A stretch of DNA of 32,000 nucleotides, taken from the sequence record JAIUNF010000010.1; one strand, given 5' to 3'. A program made the position numbers and the translations under genes. The notes under the pieces are model-generated. The model worked only from the letters and a program-made list of their open reading frames with translations, made no database searches and was not told the origin of the DNA. Positions 1 through 8,719 of this stretch are shown in pieces. Every line of letters starts with the position of its first letter. Position 1 is the first letter of the stretch.

Positions 1-450
1 TTAATATCAGTAAATCTTCTGCGTTCTCCGAAGTAGCCAGTTCAGCCGTTAGGCCATTGACCAAAATTCCTCACTGCTGTACTCGCTTGCCTTGGGGTTT
101 TTTCGTTCCCAATGTGGTCGATCAACTTCTCAGCTTCGACTACGAGAATTAAGGCTAGTTAAGCAGTAACCTTAACAACAACCTATCTCGACGACACTTC
201 CCTAAGTCCTCTTAAAGCGGCTTTAACACCCTTTTCCGTATCTTCCCTGCCTGATACCCTGTAGGGTATTAGAGGAAGATTTATGGGGGATCTTTCCCCC
301 TCTTTAAGGCCGGCTAGATGTCTATACTCACCTGTACACCACTTTCAATCAAATTGAGGCTTACGCCTTATTAAATTAAACGTTCGATTAGCATGTGTCA
401 AGCATTTCGACAGCGTTCAATCAGAGCCATCACCAAACTCACCCAATTAA
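1..450 (-). rRNA. rns: mitochondrial small-subunit rRNA, 5' part (gene continues past the window start)
   Basis: The reverse complement of 361-450 reads GTGAGTTTGGTGATGGCTCTGATTGAACGCTGTCGAAATGCTTGACACATGCTAATCGAACG. This matches the universal SSU 5' end (AGAGTTTGATCATGGCTCAG...ACACATGCAAGTCGAACG). The reverse complement of 1-80 contains CAGCAGTGAGGAATTTTGG (the 340-360 region). The 5' end is approximate. Confidence 0.85.
239..302. repeat. GC-rich double-hairpin cluster inside rns
   Basis: Near-palindromes ATACCCTGTAGGGTAT and GGGGGATCTTTCCCCC lie within CTTCC...GGAAG. This is a GC island in otherwise AT-rich rRNA sequence. Confidence 0.5.
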
Positions 451-1039
451 ACACACACTATATTAGTGTGGATGGTAACTACCATCACTATGGATCCTGT
501 ATTCTGAGCTAAATTACCAGGTTTTTACTTTTTTTTTAGGATAAAAGCAAGCTATTTCATGGTCATCAGATTTCTGTCTAAAAAACAAGTTTTAAGTCTG
601 CTTTGTATTGCTCGCATCCTAATTAGATATGAATGCCAAATATGTAAATGTAATACATAAAAGGCTACGATTAAGTTATCGATAATTTATTTTATTTTCT
701 ATTTTACACTTAAAACTTTTATTTGAAGTAAATACATATATACAAACATGTTATTAAACTATAACTTTCCTTTAATTCTTTAAAATTAAGTTTCTTTTTA
801 TCTCAAAAAATCTACTCCCTTTAATCACTTATTACATAATATTCTCATACCCTTTATCCCTCTTATCATTATTACCCCCCACCCTTATTCCTAGCTTTTG
901 CTTGTCTTGTAGTACCTAAAAGAAAAGAAAGTAACAAGACTTTAAATTATTCGGTTTGACTGCCTAGGGGATCAGGAGGATAAAGGAATTATGAGGGATT
1001 ATAGGTATTATAAATATTATTAGGGAAAATAAATGATGT

Positions 1040-1110
1040 AAGATTATGGAGGAATCGAACCTCAAAATTCCGATTTAAATTAAGAACATAGACCAACTAT
1101 TTCATAATCT
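1040..1110 (-). tRNA. tRNA-like gene, 70-nt cloverleaf plus discriminator, predicted anticodon UUA (no standard sense assignment)
   Basis: On the minus strand the acceptor stem AGATTAT/ATAATCT has 7 of 7 Watson-Crick pairs. The D arm is AATA-GTTGGTC-TATG (3 pairs plus an A.G). The anticodon arm is TCTTA-ATTTAAA-TCGGA (4 of 5 pairs, U33 present, positions 34-36 = TTA). The variable loop is ATTT. The T arm is TGAGG-TTCGATT-CCTCC (4 pairs, canonical TTCGATT loop). Confidence 0.4.
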
Positions 1111-1157
1111 TTAATAATCATAATAAAAATTACGATTATTAATATAAATAAACTAAA

Positions 1158-2111
1158 TTATTTATTATCAAGACCAGCTTTTCAACCATTTACAAAGGTT
1201 TGTGTAAGCACAAACTTTTGAGATGGCGTATGTTTAGATGAAACTATACTATACTCTGAACTATACCGTATATTAGGATTTCCCCTAAGATAAGCATCTG
1301 ATTTTACTCAATCCTTTAGTGCTTGATCATCCTTATAATTAAATTTCATGCTTTTAGGTAAACTATGAGAATTATAAGTATAACGATGTTTAATTACTTT
1401 AAAATAATCTACTTGCTTTTGAGCTTTAACTACAGGAGAGTCTTCTACATCCTTCTCCCCAGAACTAGAATAATTCTCTCAGTATGATTCTGATTCTGAA
1501 TCCCCATCCCCATTCCCTGAACCAGGACTACCTGGGTTAGGACTAGGATTATGGTTAGGACCAGGACCACCTGGACCACCACCAGAAGGACCACCACCAG
1601 AAGGACCACCACCAGAAGGACCAGGACTACCTGGACCACCACCAGAAGGAAAAGGACTACCTGGCTTAGGACCAGAACTTCTTGGATCAGGACCATTACT
1701 AGGGTCAGGACTAGAACTAGGGTTAGGACGAGGAGTTACAGGATCAGGACTAGAACTAGGGTCAGGACTAGAACTAGGGTTAGGACGAGGAGTTACAGGA
1801 TCAGGACTAGAACTAGGGTCAGGACTAGGACTTGGGTTAGGACGAGGAGTTACAGGATCAGGACTAGAACTAGGGTCAGGACTAGGACTTGGGTTAGGAC
1901 CAGGAGTTCCTGGGTCAAGGTTAGGACCAGGAGTTGCTGGGTTAGGGTTAGGACCAGGAGTTGCTGGATTAGGGTTAGGTTGATTATTTACAGGATTATT
2001 TAAAATTAAATCCTGAGGGTTTACTGTACCTTGATCACTATATTGGCTTCTTTTCATTAAAACGACGTCTATATCTAAAAATAAACCTATAAACGAAATA
2101 ATAAAGCCCAT
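1158..2111 (-). CDS. hypothetical protein orf317 (317 codons under code 4): hydrophobic N-terminus, Pro/Ser/Gly/Asn-rich tandem-repeat core, non-repetitive C-terminal domain
   Basis: ATG at 2109-2111. The 210-aa track ORF stops at a TGA. With TGA=Trp the frame continues through ...ESYWENYSSSGEKDVEDSPVVKAQKQVDYFKVIKHRYTYNSHSLPKSMKFNYKDDQALKDWVKSDAYLRGNPNIRYSSEYSIVSSKHTPSQKFVLTQTFVNGWKAGLDNK to TAA at 1158-1160. No recognisable family. Confidence 0.5.
1573..1975. repeat. coding tandem repeats inside orf317
   Basis: A 15-nt unit GGACCACCACCAGAA occurs 3 times (1573-1617). A 57-nt unit starts at 1684, 1741, 1798 and 1855 (19 aa, SSSPDPVTPRPNPSPSPDP). A 27-nt unit TTAGGACCAGGAGTTGCTGGGTTAGGG occurs twice (1921-1974). 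The region is visibly more G+C rich than its flanks. Confidence 0.85.
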
Positions 2112-2399
2112 GGTAACTAATCTAATAAATAAATTAACTAAATTTTTATAAGATTTATCTTTTAAACATTTATATACATAAAAATATCTTAATAGTTAAT
2201 AAAATAGATCATAAAGTTTTGGATATATAGTAACAATATCAAAAATTAAAGCTTGTAAAACTATAAATAACCAAACTAGTAAAAAATATAAGACTATTTA
2301 ATAATATAACTGTATATAGACAAGTTTTTAATAGATTAAATATTATATCAATATTTTTATCATTTAAATAATAAACTATACATAATCATATTACAAAGA

Positions 2400-2836
2400 T
2401 TAATGTAAGTCCAAACCATCCTTGATATAACCCGATGATAAAACTACAAAAACTTGAGCTTGTATAAAAGCTAAACCCCACTCCAAACCCGAGAATGCTA
2501 TAATAAATTAACAAGGGTACTAAACCCAAAAAGAAAAATATTATACCACTTGTCATTATATTGTAAGTAAAACCCGCTAAAATGTTTAATAACATGTGAC
2601 CTGATAAAATGTTAGCTGCTAATCTTAAACCTAAAGAAATATTCCTTGCTAAGTATGATATGAATTCTATTAAAACCAATAAAGGTAATAAAGCTAAAGG
2701 ACAACCGGCTGGTACTAAAAGAGAAAAGAATACTAAACCATGTTTTTGGAATCCTAAGATTGTTGCACCTAAAACAATTGTGAAACTTAAAGAGAAAGTT
2801 AACACAAAATGACTTGTAGAAGCAAAACTGTAAGGA
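2400..2836 (-). CDS. atp6: ATP synthase subunit 6, exon 2 (contains a 1-nt frame break near 2508)
   Basis: The exon translates as PYSFASTSHFVLTFSLSFTIVLGATILGFQKHGLVFFSLLVPAGCPLALLPLLVLIEFISYLARNISLGLRLAANILSGHMLLNILAGFTYNIMTSGIIFFFLGLVPLL. After one extra nt it continues FIIAFSGLEWGLAFIQAQVFVVLSSGYIKDGLDLH and ends at TAA 2400-2402. Confidence 0.9.
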
Positions 2837-4191
2837 CAGCACAGGAAATCTTATAGACTTACCGTGGTGGACTATATCTTAATCACTCAGTTGTTATTGT
2901 AAAACAGTGTTAAGTGATTTTTCACGTGTAGTCTCTGAGGATACTACTCATAACGTGGCTTGTTATTTTGGTTTCCTGCTGATTGTTCATTGTTTCATCC
3001 TTTAAGATTTTCACCGGTAATCGGTACCTAAAGGCATTAGAAGTTTCCAGCATATTGTGAAATTTATTGTATTTTATTATTATTTATCTAGGATATTACA
3101 ATTATCTAAACATTTATTCTTCTTTTATTGTTATTCTCTTTCTATTAATATTACTTTTAATTAGTTTTATTCTTTCTAATCCTTCGTCCCTTAAATGAGC
3201 TTTAGATTTTATTAATTCGGCTATTTGTACAAAATCTAAATAATCTTCTTTTTTAACTCCTAATAAGGGATACTCATTTAAGAAAGGTATTAGCTTATCA
3301 TTTATATCTGAAAAGACTGTTACTAAGTATTGACCTTCATCACGTGTTGGTGATTTGTAATATCTACCATAGTTTAGATAAGTAACTATATCCTTTAACA
3401 ATTCCTCATCTTTAATATGTTGAGTTAATGAAAATCTTAAACTAACATTTCTATTATTTTGAGTTATAACTTGGAAACTACCTTCAGCTTCTATAAATCC
3501 TCTAATTCAGTTTAAGTTCTTAATCTTAACATTTAAAGTATTATATATTACTGAAGGTCTTACTGCTGATTTTGCACGAGGGAAACTCTCTTTAAACTGG
3601 TCTGATAGACCTCAGTTTAATGTAGCTTTAATTCCTACTAACTTCAGTAAACCTTCTATAGATAAATGCTCTTTATTATTTATGATAGCTATAGCTTGTT
3701 TAAATAAAAGATAATCTGCACTCTTTTGAGTTATTAAAGGATAACTGTCAAAATGATCTGTGATTATTTGTAAATTCTTTAAAGAACTTACACGATATTG
3801 CATAGAATCAACTCCATGTTTATAGATCTTTCCTGTTTTCAAAGTTCTTTGTATAGCTTCTAATAATTTAATATCCTTATTATGTAAAGATATACTAAAG
3901 ATAGGCTTAACTTGTCAACCAGTTAAGTTTTTACCTTGTTTATATATTGAAAGAGAGAAACAACCTTCTCCATCTACAAATCCTGTAAGATAATCAGGAT
4001 TAAGGTAGAAGGTATTTTTATGGTTAAAACTATATCTAGGACTATCCTTAGATGTGTCTATTTGTATGGATGACTGTGAGTCAGAGTTAAAAGAAGAATA
4101 TGATTGTATTTGAAAGATTAGATTATTTTGTAATCCTAATGCTTCAAATATGTTTGAGATAAATAATGATAAAATGCAAAGGCTCCTGTTA
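2837..4191 (-). mobile_element. group I intron in atp6 (ORF upstream of the catalytic core)
   Basis: Minus-strand core elements are present: P AATATGCTGGAAA (3044-3057), Q CAATCAGCAGG (2975-2985), R CCTCAGAGACTAC (2928-2940) and S AAGATATAGTCC (2869-2880). The 5' exon ends in T and the intron ends in G at 2837. Confidence 0.85.
3114..4191 (-). CDS. double-motif LAGLIDADG homing endonuclease, in frame with atp6 exon 1
   Basis: The frame is open from the exon under code 4. Motifs YLTGFVDGEGCF and IRGFIEAEGSF are present. It also shows typical YPLITQKSADYLLFKQAI and KAHLRDEGLERIKLIK segments. TAA at 3114-3116. Confidence 0.85.
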
Positions 4192-4577
4192 ACCATTCCT
4201 ATTAAGTTATTTATTAAAATAAATATAAATAATGCGTATATAAATGGAAAGTACATTTGTCCGTTTTTAGGATTTATTTGATTTGTAACTATACTATGAA
4301 TAGTTGCGTATAAAGATTCTTGGCTTATTGATCATTTATTACCTACTAATCTATTGTAATTTGTACTTAAAAAATTAAGAGCTAATATAAATAAACCTCC
4401 TAACATTAAGAATAATCCTATGTTTGTAATTGATATATGTAAGTTACCTAATAGAGGCGCATCTAAACTTAATAAATCTCTAATTTCAAACTGACTTAAA
4501 GGACTAATTATTTCTCTATTTTGTGCCGTAAACAATAAATTCAAATTTTCCATTTTTAAAGTTATAATTATATTCAA
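4192..4577 (-). CDS. atp6: ATP synthase subunit 6, exon 1
   Basis: The exon translates as ...SPLSQFEIRDLLSLDAPLLGNLHISITNIGLFLMLGGLFILALNFLSTNYNRLVGNKWSISQESLYATIHSIVTNQINPKNGQMYFPFIYALFIFILINNLIGMV. The start is ATG 4577, or alternatively ATG 4553. Confidence 0.9.
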
Positions 4578-4739
4578 TAGTAATTAAATCTTATATTTAA
4601 TTATTCTTGAAAGATAGATCTTGACAAACATCAGTATTTTTACTTTTTTTTTATTATTTTTTTAGCTTACTTTATAGATTGCTTGCAAAATAAAAGAATA
4701 AAAAATTACTCAAACTTCCTTTAATATAGAACTTGCGCT

Positions 4740-4892
4740 TTAATTAAATAGTTTAGAGATAAAAGTACGTGCTAAAAATAAACGAACAAATCTAGGTAAT
4801 ATATATTTAGATAAAACGTATATTGTTATTAAGATTATAGCAAAAGCGAATGTTACTTCATTTACAAAATAGAAAGGTGTTAATTGAGGCAT
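4740..4892 (-). CDS. atp8: ATP synthase subunit 8 (50 aa; too short for the ORF track)
   Basis: The minus strand reads MPQLTPFYFVNEVTFAFAIILITIYVLSKYILPRFVRLFLARTFISKLFN followed by TAA. It has the canonical MPQL(T/V)PFYF start and lies in the expected position between nad4 and atp6. Confidence 0.9.
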   Translation of the reverse strand: MPQLTPFYFVNEVTFAFAIILITIYVLSKYILPRFVRLFLARTFISKLFN

Positions 4893-5060
4893 TTTTTTTT
4901 ACATATTTATTTATGTTAATGTTATATTTGTTTATTTATTTCCTACTTTCCCCCACGAATGCTTTGCAGAAAAATAACGTAGGATCAGGAAAAATAAATC
5001 TAAACATTCGCGTTTATTACAAAACGAAACCATAATCCTATATACAAAAAAAAGCGTATA

Positions 5061-5515
5061 CTACTCTAAATCATCTGTAAAAGAAATAGGTTCTTCTGCT
5101 TGTTTATCTAAAACATAGTCCAAAGGTGAATCACCCGTTTTAGTCTCTTTATGGCTACTTTTGTCCGAAGATTCTTCCATTTTAATCCGTTTATGGTTAC
5201 TTTCGTCGAGGGATTCGGATTCATCCCTAGGTCTCTTGTTTTGACTAGCAAGATTAGAACTATCCGCATGAGCAAGATTTTGAGCAGGATTTTGATCAGG
5301 ATTTTGATCAAAATTTTGAGTAGGATTTTGATCAGAATTTTGAGCAGGATTATTATCTGGTCTATCCTGAGAAGACGATTCACTATCACTAGAAGAAGGA
5401 CTATTAGAACTAGCAGGAAGCGGTGGAAGTAGACCAGCCTCTCTATTTCTAACATCGAGAATTTCTTCAGTAATTTCCTTTTTATCGGCTAAATTTTTAG
5501 CCTCATAATCTTTTG
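5061..5515 (-). CDS. hydrophilic acidic/Asn-Gln-Pro-rich reading frame with no ATG, offset one nt from the nad4 extension
   Basis: The frame reads DYEAKNLADKKEITEEILDVRNREAGLLPPLPASSNSPSSSDSESSSQDRPDNNPAQNSDQNPTQNFDQNPDQNPAQNLAHADSSNLASQNKRPRDESESLDESNHKRIKMEESSDKSSHKETKTGDSPLDYVLDKQAEEPISFTDDLE and ends at TAG 5061-5063. It would join the nad4 frame if the A4 run at 5511-5514 were A5. Confidence 0.4.
5271..5350. repeat. 12-nt coding tandem repeat (about 6.5 units)
   Basis: Plus-strand units CAGGATTTTGAT and variants correspond to the D-Q-N-P repeats in the hydrophilic frame. The same repeat creates the spurious ILIKILLK ORFs in other frames. Confidence 0.8.
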
Positions 5516-7351
5516 AAGTACAATCCCTTCTATATAAGTTTCCTTTTCCTCAAAGGTAAGAGAATCATCCTGGTGTGTTTCGATAAGGTCTTGTCTATAA
5601 CGAGTATCTATACCAGAACTTTTTTCCTCAAAATGAGCCTTTAAACCTTCAGGATTACCCTCATATCTATCCGCTAAATCTTCAGCAGTAGTACTACTTG
5701 GAGTTTCCGCTAAATCAATATCTTGTGCCGTATCACTTCTTACATCCTCATTATCACTACCATTTAATCTCATACAAGTACTTGTATGAAATTCTCTATA
5801 TAAAGAAGGTAATTTAAATATATTATTTAAATTATTTGTATTATTATCTGGTATTAACTTAATCATTGGTTGAGCTGAATCACAATTAAAAATTAAACTT
5901 GACACATTAAAGTGTAAACCGTCTAATATGATTGATGGATATATACCAAATACAACTGTAATGCTTACTAAACTAAATAATAAAAAGAACTCTCTTTTTG
6001 TAACATCACTTATATTTTCCTGAAAAAATTGAGTAAATGATCCTCCAAAAGATATTCTATTAAACATATATATAGTGTAAGCCGCTGAAAAAACAATAGA
6101 AGTACTAGCAAAAACACCTAATAAAGGTAGTCTTTCAAAAGTACCATATAATGACATGAATTCTCCTACAAAATTTAATGTTAAAGGAGCTCCACAATTA
6201 CCTAAACAAAGGATAAAGAATAATAGAGACAATAATGGCATCATTTGAGTTACACCTTTATAATAATGTATTAATCTAGTACCAGATCTATCGTATAATA
6301 CACCACCAGCACATATAAATAAACCACTAGAAACAAATCCGTGTGCTAAACCTAAAACTATACCTCCTTCTATACCTTGTATTGTATTACTAAATACTCC
6401 CATTAAATATACAGCAGCATGAGAAACAGAACTATAAGCAATTAATTCTTTAATATCTGTTGTTCTTAATGTACTAAAACTAGCATATAAAATTGTAATT
6501 ACACCAATAACAAAAACAATAAATGTATAATTTAAAGAAGCTTTAGGTAATATAGGTAATATTAATCTAAATATACCATATAAACTTAATTTTAAAACAA
6601 TACCGGCTAATACTATACTTCCACCTAAAGGTGATTCTACATGAGCTTTTAACAATCAATTGTTTAAAAATATAGTAGGAGTTTTAACTGCAAATGCTAT
6701 AAATATACCTATAAATAAAAATACTTGTGTAGTATAATCAAAGTTAGTTTTAAATAAAGCATCGAAATCTGTAGTTCCCATTATAGAAAACATAGTTAAA
6801 ATAGATAATAATAAAAACAAAGATCCGAACAATGTATATAAAAAAAGATAAAAACTAGCTCTTACTTTATTATTAGACCCAAATAAACCTATTAATATAA
6901 ACAAAGGAGGTAATATACTTTCGAAAAAGATATAGAATAATAAAATATCTAAAGCTAAAAAGACAGCTAATAGTAATGTTTCTAATAATAACATTATGAT
7001 TAAATAAGACTTAATATTTTGAATTATTGAATTTCAATTAGATAATATTGCTATAGGCATTATTATAGCAGTTAATAATACAAAATACAAAGATATCCCA
7101 TCTACTCCTAAATAGACATCAAATAAATTTATATCAAAATTTTCTTGTACAAATTGAAATTGATTAAAACTAAAATCATATAATATAAAGAATACTAAAG
7201 ATATTATTAAATTAATAATAGATGCAACAAAAGCTGTTATTTTATAAGACATTGTATTTGAAAGGACATGATCCGCAGGGTGATAAGATATATCACTTGA
7301 TATTAAAAATAAACCTACAACAGGTATTAATAATAAAAAAGATAAAAACAT
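5489..7351 (-). CDS. nad4: NADH dehydrogenase subunit 4 with a roughly 130-codon non-conserved C-terminal extension
   Basis: Three track ORFs join through TGA=Trp (...AILSNWNSII..., ...TIFLNNWLLKAHVESPLGGS...). Canonical ND4 sequence runs to ...GIYPSIILDGLHFNVSSLIFNC (about 5882). The frame then continues for 130 hydrophilic codons to TAG 5489-5491. Confidence 0.9.
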
Positions 7352-7479
7352 TTTATTATCTTAAAAAAATTTTTTTTTTACTTCCTATATAATTAAACTA
7401 AAATAACATCATAAGTAAACAATTACATGATAAGATTCTGTATCTGCAGTAAAGCAGAACTTATAGCTTACTCTTTCCA

Positions 7480-7660
7480 CCTTATACCACCTCCTACCCT
7501 TTTTATCCCTTTAAACAAAACTCCCCTCCCCCTAAGAGATTATTTTTTTGATAGGGAAGAGCACAATCTTCGATTAGCGGCTAAGTCTTTTTTTCAGAAA
7601 AAGCACAATCTTCGATTAGCGCCTTGGGTTAAGGAGGTGCTTATAAGATAAAGGGTACAA
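7480..7660. repeat. GC-rich element in the nad1-nad4 spacer, with 20-nt direct repeats
   Basis: AGCACAATCTTCGATTAGCG occurs perfectly at 7560-7579 and 7602-7621. It is flanked by CCACCTCCTACCC / GGTTAAGGAGGTG inverted segments. Confidence 0.6.
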
Positions 7661-7747
7661 AACCCGTATAAATTTGGATTTTAAAGCCTACAGAATAAAT
7701 TAAACATAAAGATCTAAACATAACGAGACTTTATGTAGAGCTTGCGC

Positions 7748-8559
7748 TTAAAATAAGTTTATATTAATAGGGAAAATATCAAAACTATATAAAATACAAG
7801 GAACTAATACAATGAAAGCAAACACTACTGGTAATAAGACTGTTCAACAAAAAGACATTAATTGATCAAAACGTATTCTAGGGAATGATGCTCTAACTCA
7901 AATAAAAGTAAAAATCATTATAGAACTTTTTAATCCTAAACTTAAACCATATATAAGTCCTTCTAATGCAGGCATATTCATTATATCTTGAACAAAATAA
8001 TCTAGAACTATAATTCAGTCTATAATAAATAATTCTCATATTATAAAGTCTAAATAACTTAATAAGTAAACAATATCTAAGATTAAATAACCACCTAAGA
8101 ATAATATACTTGTTAATATACACATTAATACTATACTACCATATTCAGCTAAAAAAAAGAATACAAATACAACGGCAGCGTGTTCTGTCATAAATCCACT
8201 AACCAACTCTGATTCCGCTTCGGCTAAATAAAAAGAGCTCTATTAATTTCCGCCACCAATCCTATAAAAAAAATTTAAAAAATTAGTAAAAAAAGAAATA
8301 TAAATCAAACTGCTCTTTGGGATTCTACATTAACAGTTAAATTAAAACTACCTGTTAACATAATAACTAGTAAAATAGCAGAACTTAAAATTAATTCATA
8401 ACTAATTAACTGAGCTGTACTTCTTAAAGAACCTAAGAAAGCATATTTACTATTAGCACTTCATCCGGCTAATAGTATACCATAAGTAGCTAAAGAAGAA
8501 ACTGCTAACATATATAAGATACCTAAATTAAAATCACTAATTGCTAAACCAGGTCCATA
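7748..8559 (-). CDS. nad1: NADH dehydrogenase subunit 1, exon 3 (in-frame TAA at 8275-8277; 1-nt frame break at 8230-8235)
   Basis: The exon reads [94 protein letters not shown], then TAA, then [13 protein letters not shown]. The rest is in a shifted frame: [49 protein letters not shown]...[51 protein letters not shown]. It ends at TAA 7748-7750. Confidence 0.85.
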
Positions 8560-8649
8560 CAAAAAATCCAAAATAATTATGAAAAATTTAAAAACTTCTT
8601 CCCCTATTCATACCCTTTTTAATTTCTTTTATTTTTAGAATATTTTCTT

Positions 8650-8719
8650 CTAGCCGCAGAGGCGGCTGGCCACCTCGGTGGTCGGCCGGACTAAGGCCAG
8701 CCTCCCGAAGGGAGGCTAG
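8650..8719. repeat. CTAG-bounded GC-rich palindromic cluster
   Basis: The element reads CTAGCCGCAGAGGCGG...GCCTCCCGAAGGGAGGCTAG and contains the hairpin GCCTCCC-GAA-GGGAGGC. It lies inside the 3' end of the LAGLIDADG ORF without breaking its frame. Confidence 0.7.

Noticed and set aside
1445-2003. Track ORFs 1445-1696 (-) and 1551-2003 (+), with Leu/Val-rich or Arg/Thr-rich repeats
   Set aside because: They are alternative or antisense frames of the orf317 tandem repeats. Repeats keep every frame open, and only the Pro-rich frame connects to an ATG, a hydrophobic leader and a long non-repetitive tail.
2609-2842. Track ORFs 2609-2812 (+) and 2612-2842 (-) overlapping atp6 exon 2
   Set aside because: They are antisense or off-frame to a clearly conserved atp6 reading frame.
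4850-5035. Track ORF 4850-5035 (+)
   Set aside because: Its 5' end is antisense to atp8 (4740-4892) and the rest is AT-rich spacer. It has no motif.
5108-5455. Track ORFs 5108-5455 (-) and 5151-5432 (+), with ILIKILLK or SRILIRIL repeats
   Set aside because: They are by-products of the 12-nt repeat read in the wrong frame or strand. The D-Q-N-P frame continues the composition of the nad4 extension and is the only one with a plausible end.
7427-7651. Track ORF 7427-7651 (+) in the nad1-nad4 spacer
   Set aside because: It is kept open only by the GC-rich repeat element. It lies on the strand opposite to every other gene and has no motif.
7893-8123. Track ORF 7893-8123 (-)
   Set aside because: It is off-frame within nad1 exon 3. 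The conserved ND1 sequence is in another frame.
8230-8277. Translational bypass (byp-like hop) to explain the nad1 TAA and frame break
   Set aside because: The 13 codons between the TAA and the frame break ([13 protein letters not shown]) are conserved ND1 sequence. They must be translated, so a single hop over the region cannot be the explanation.
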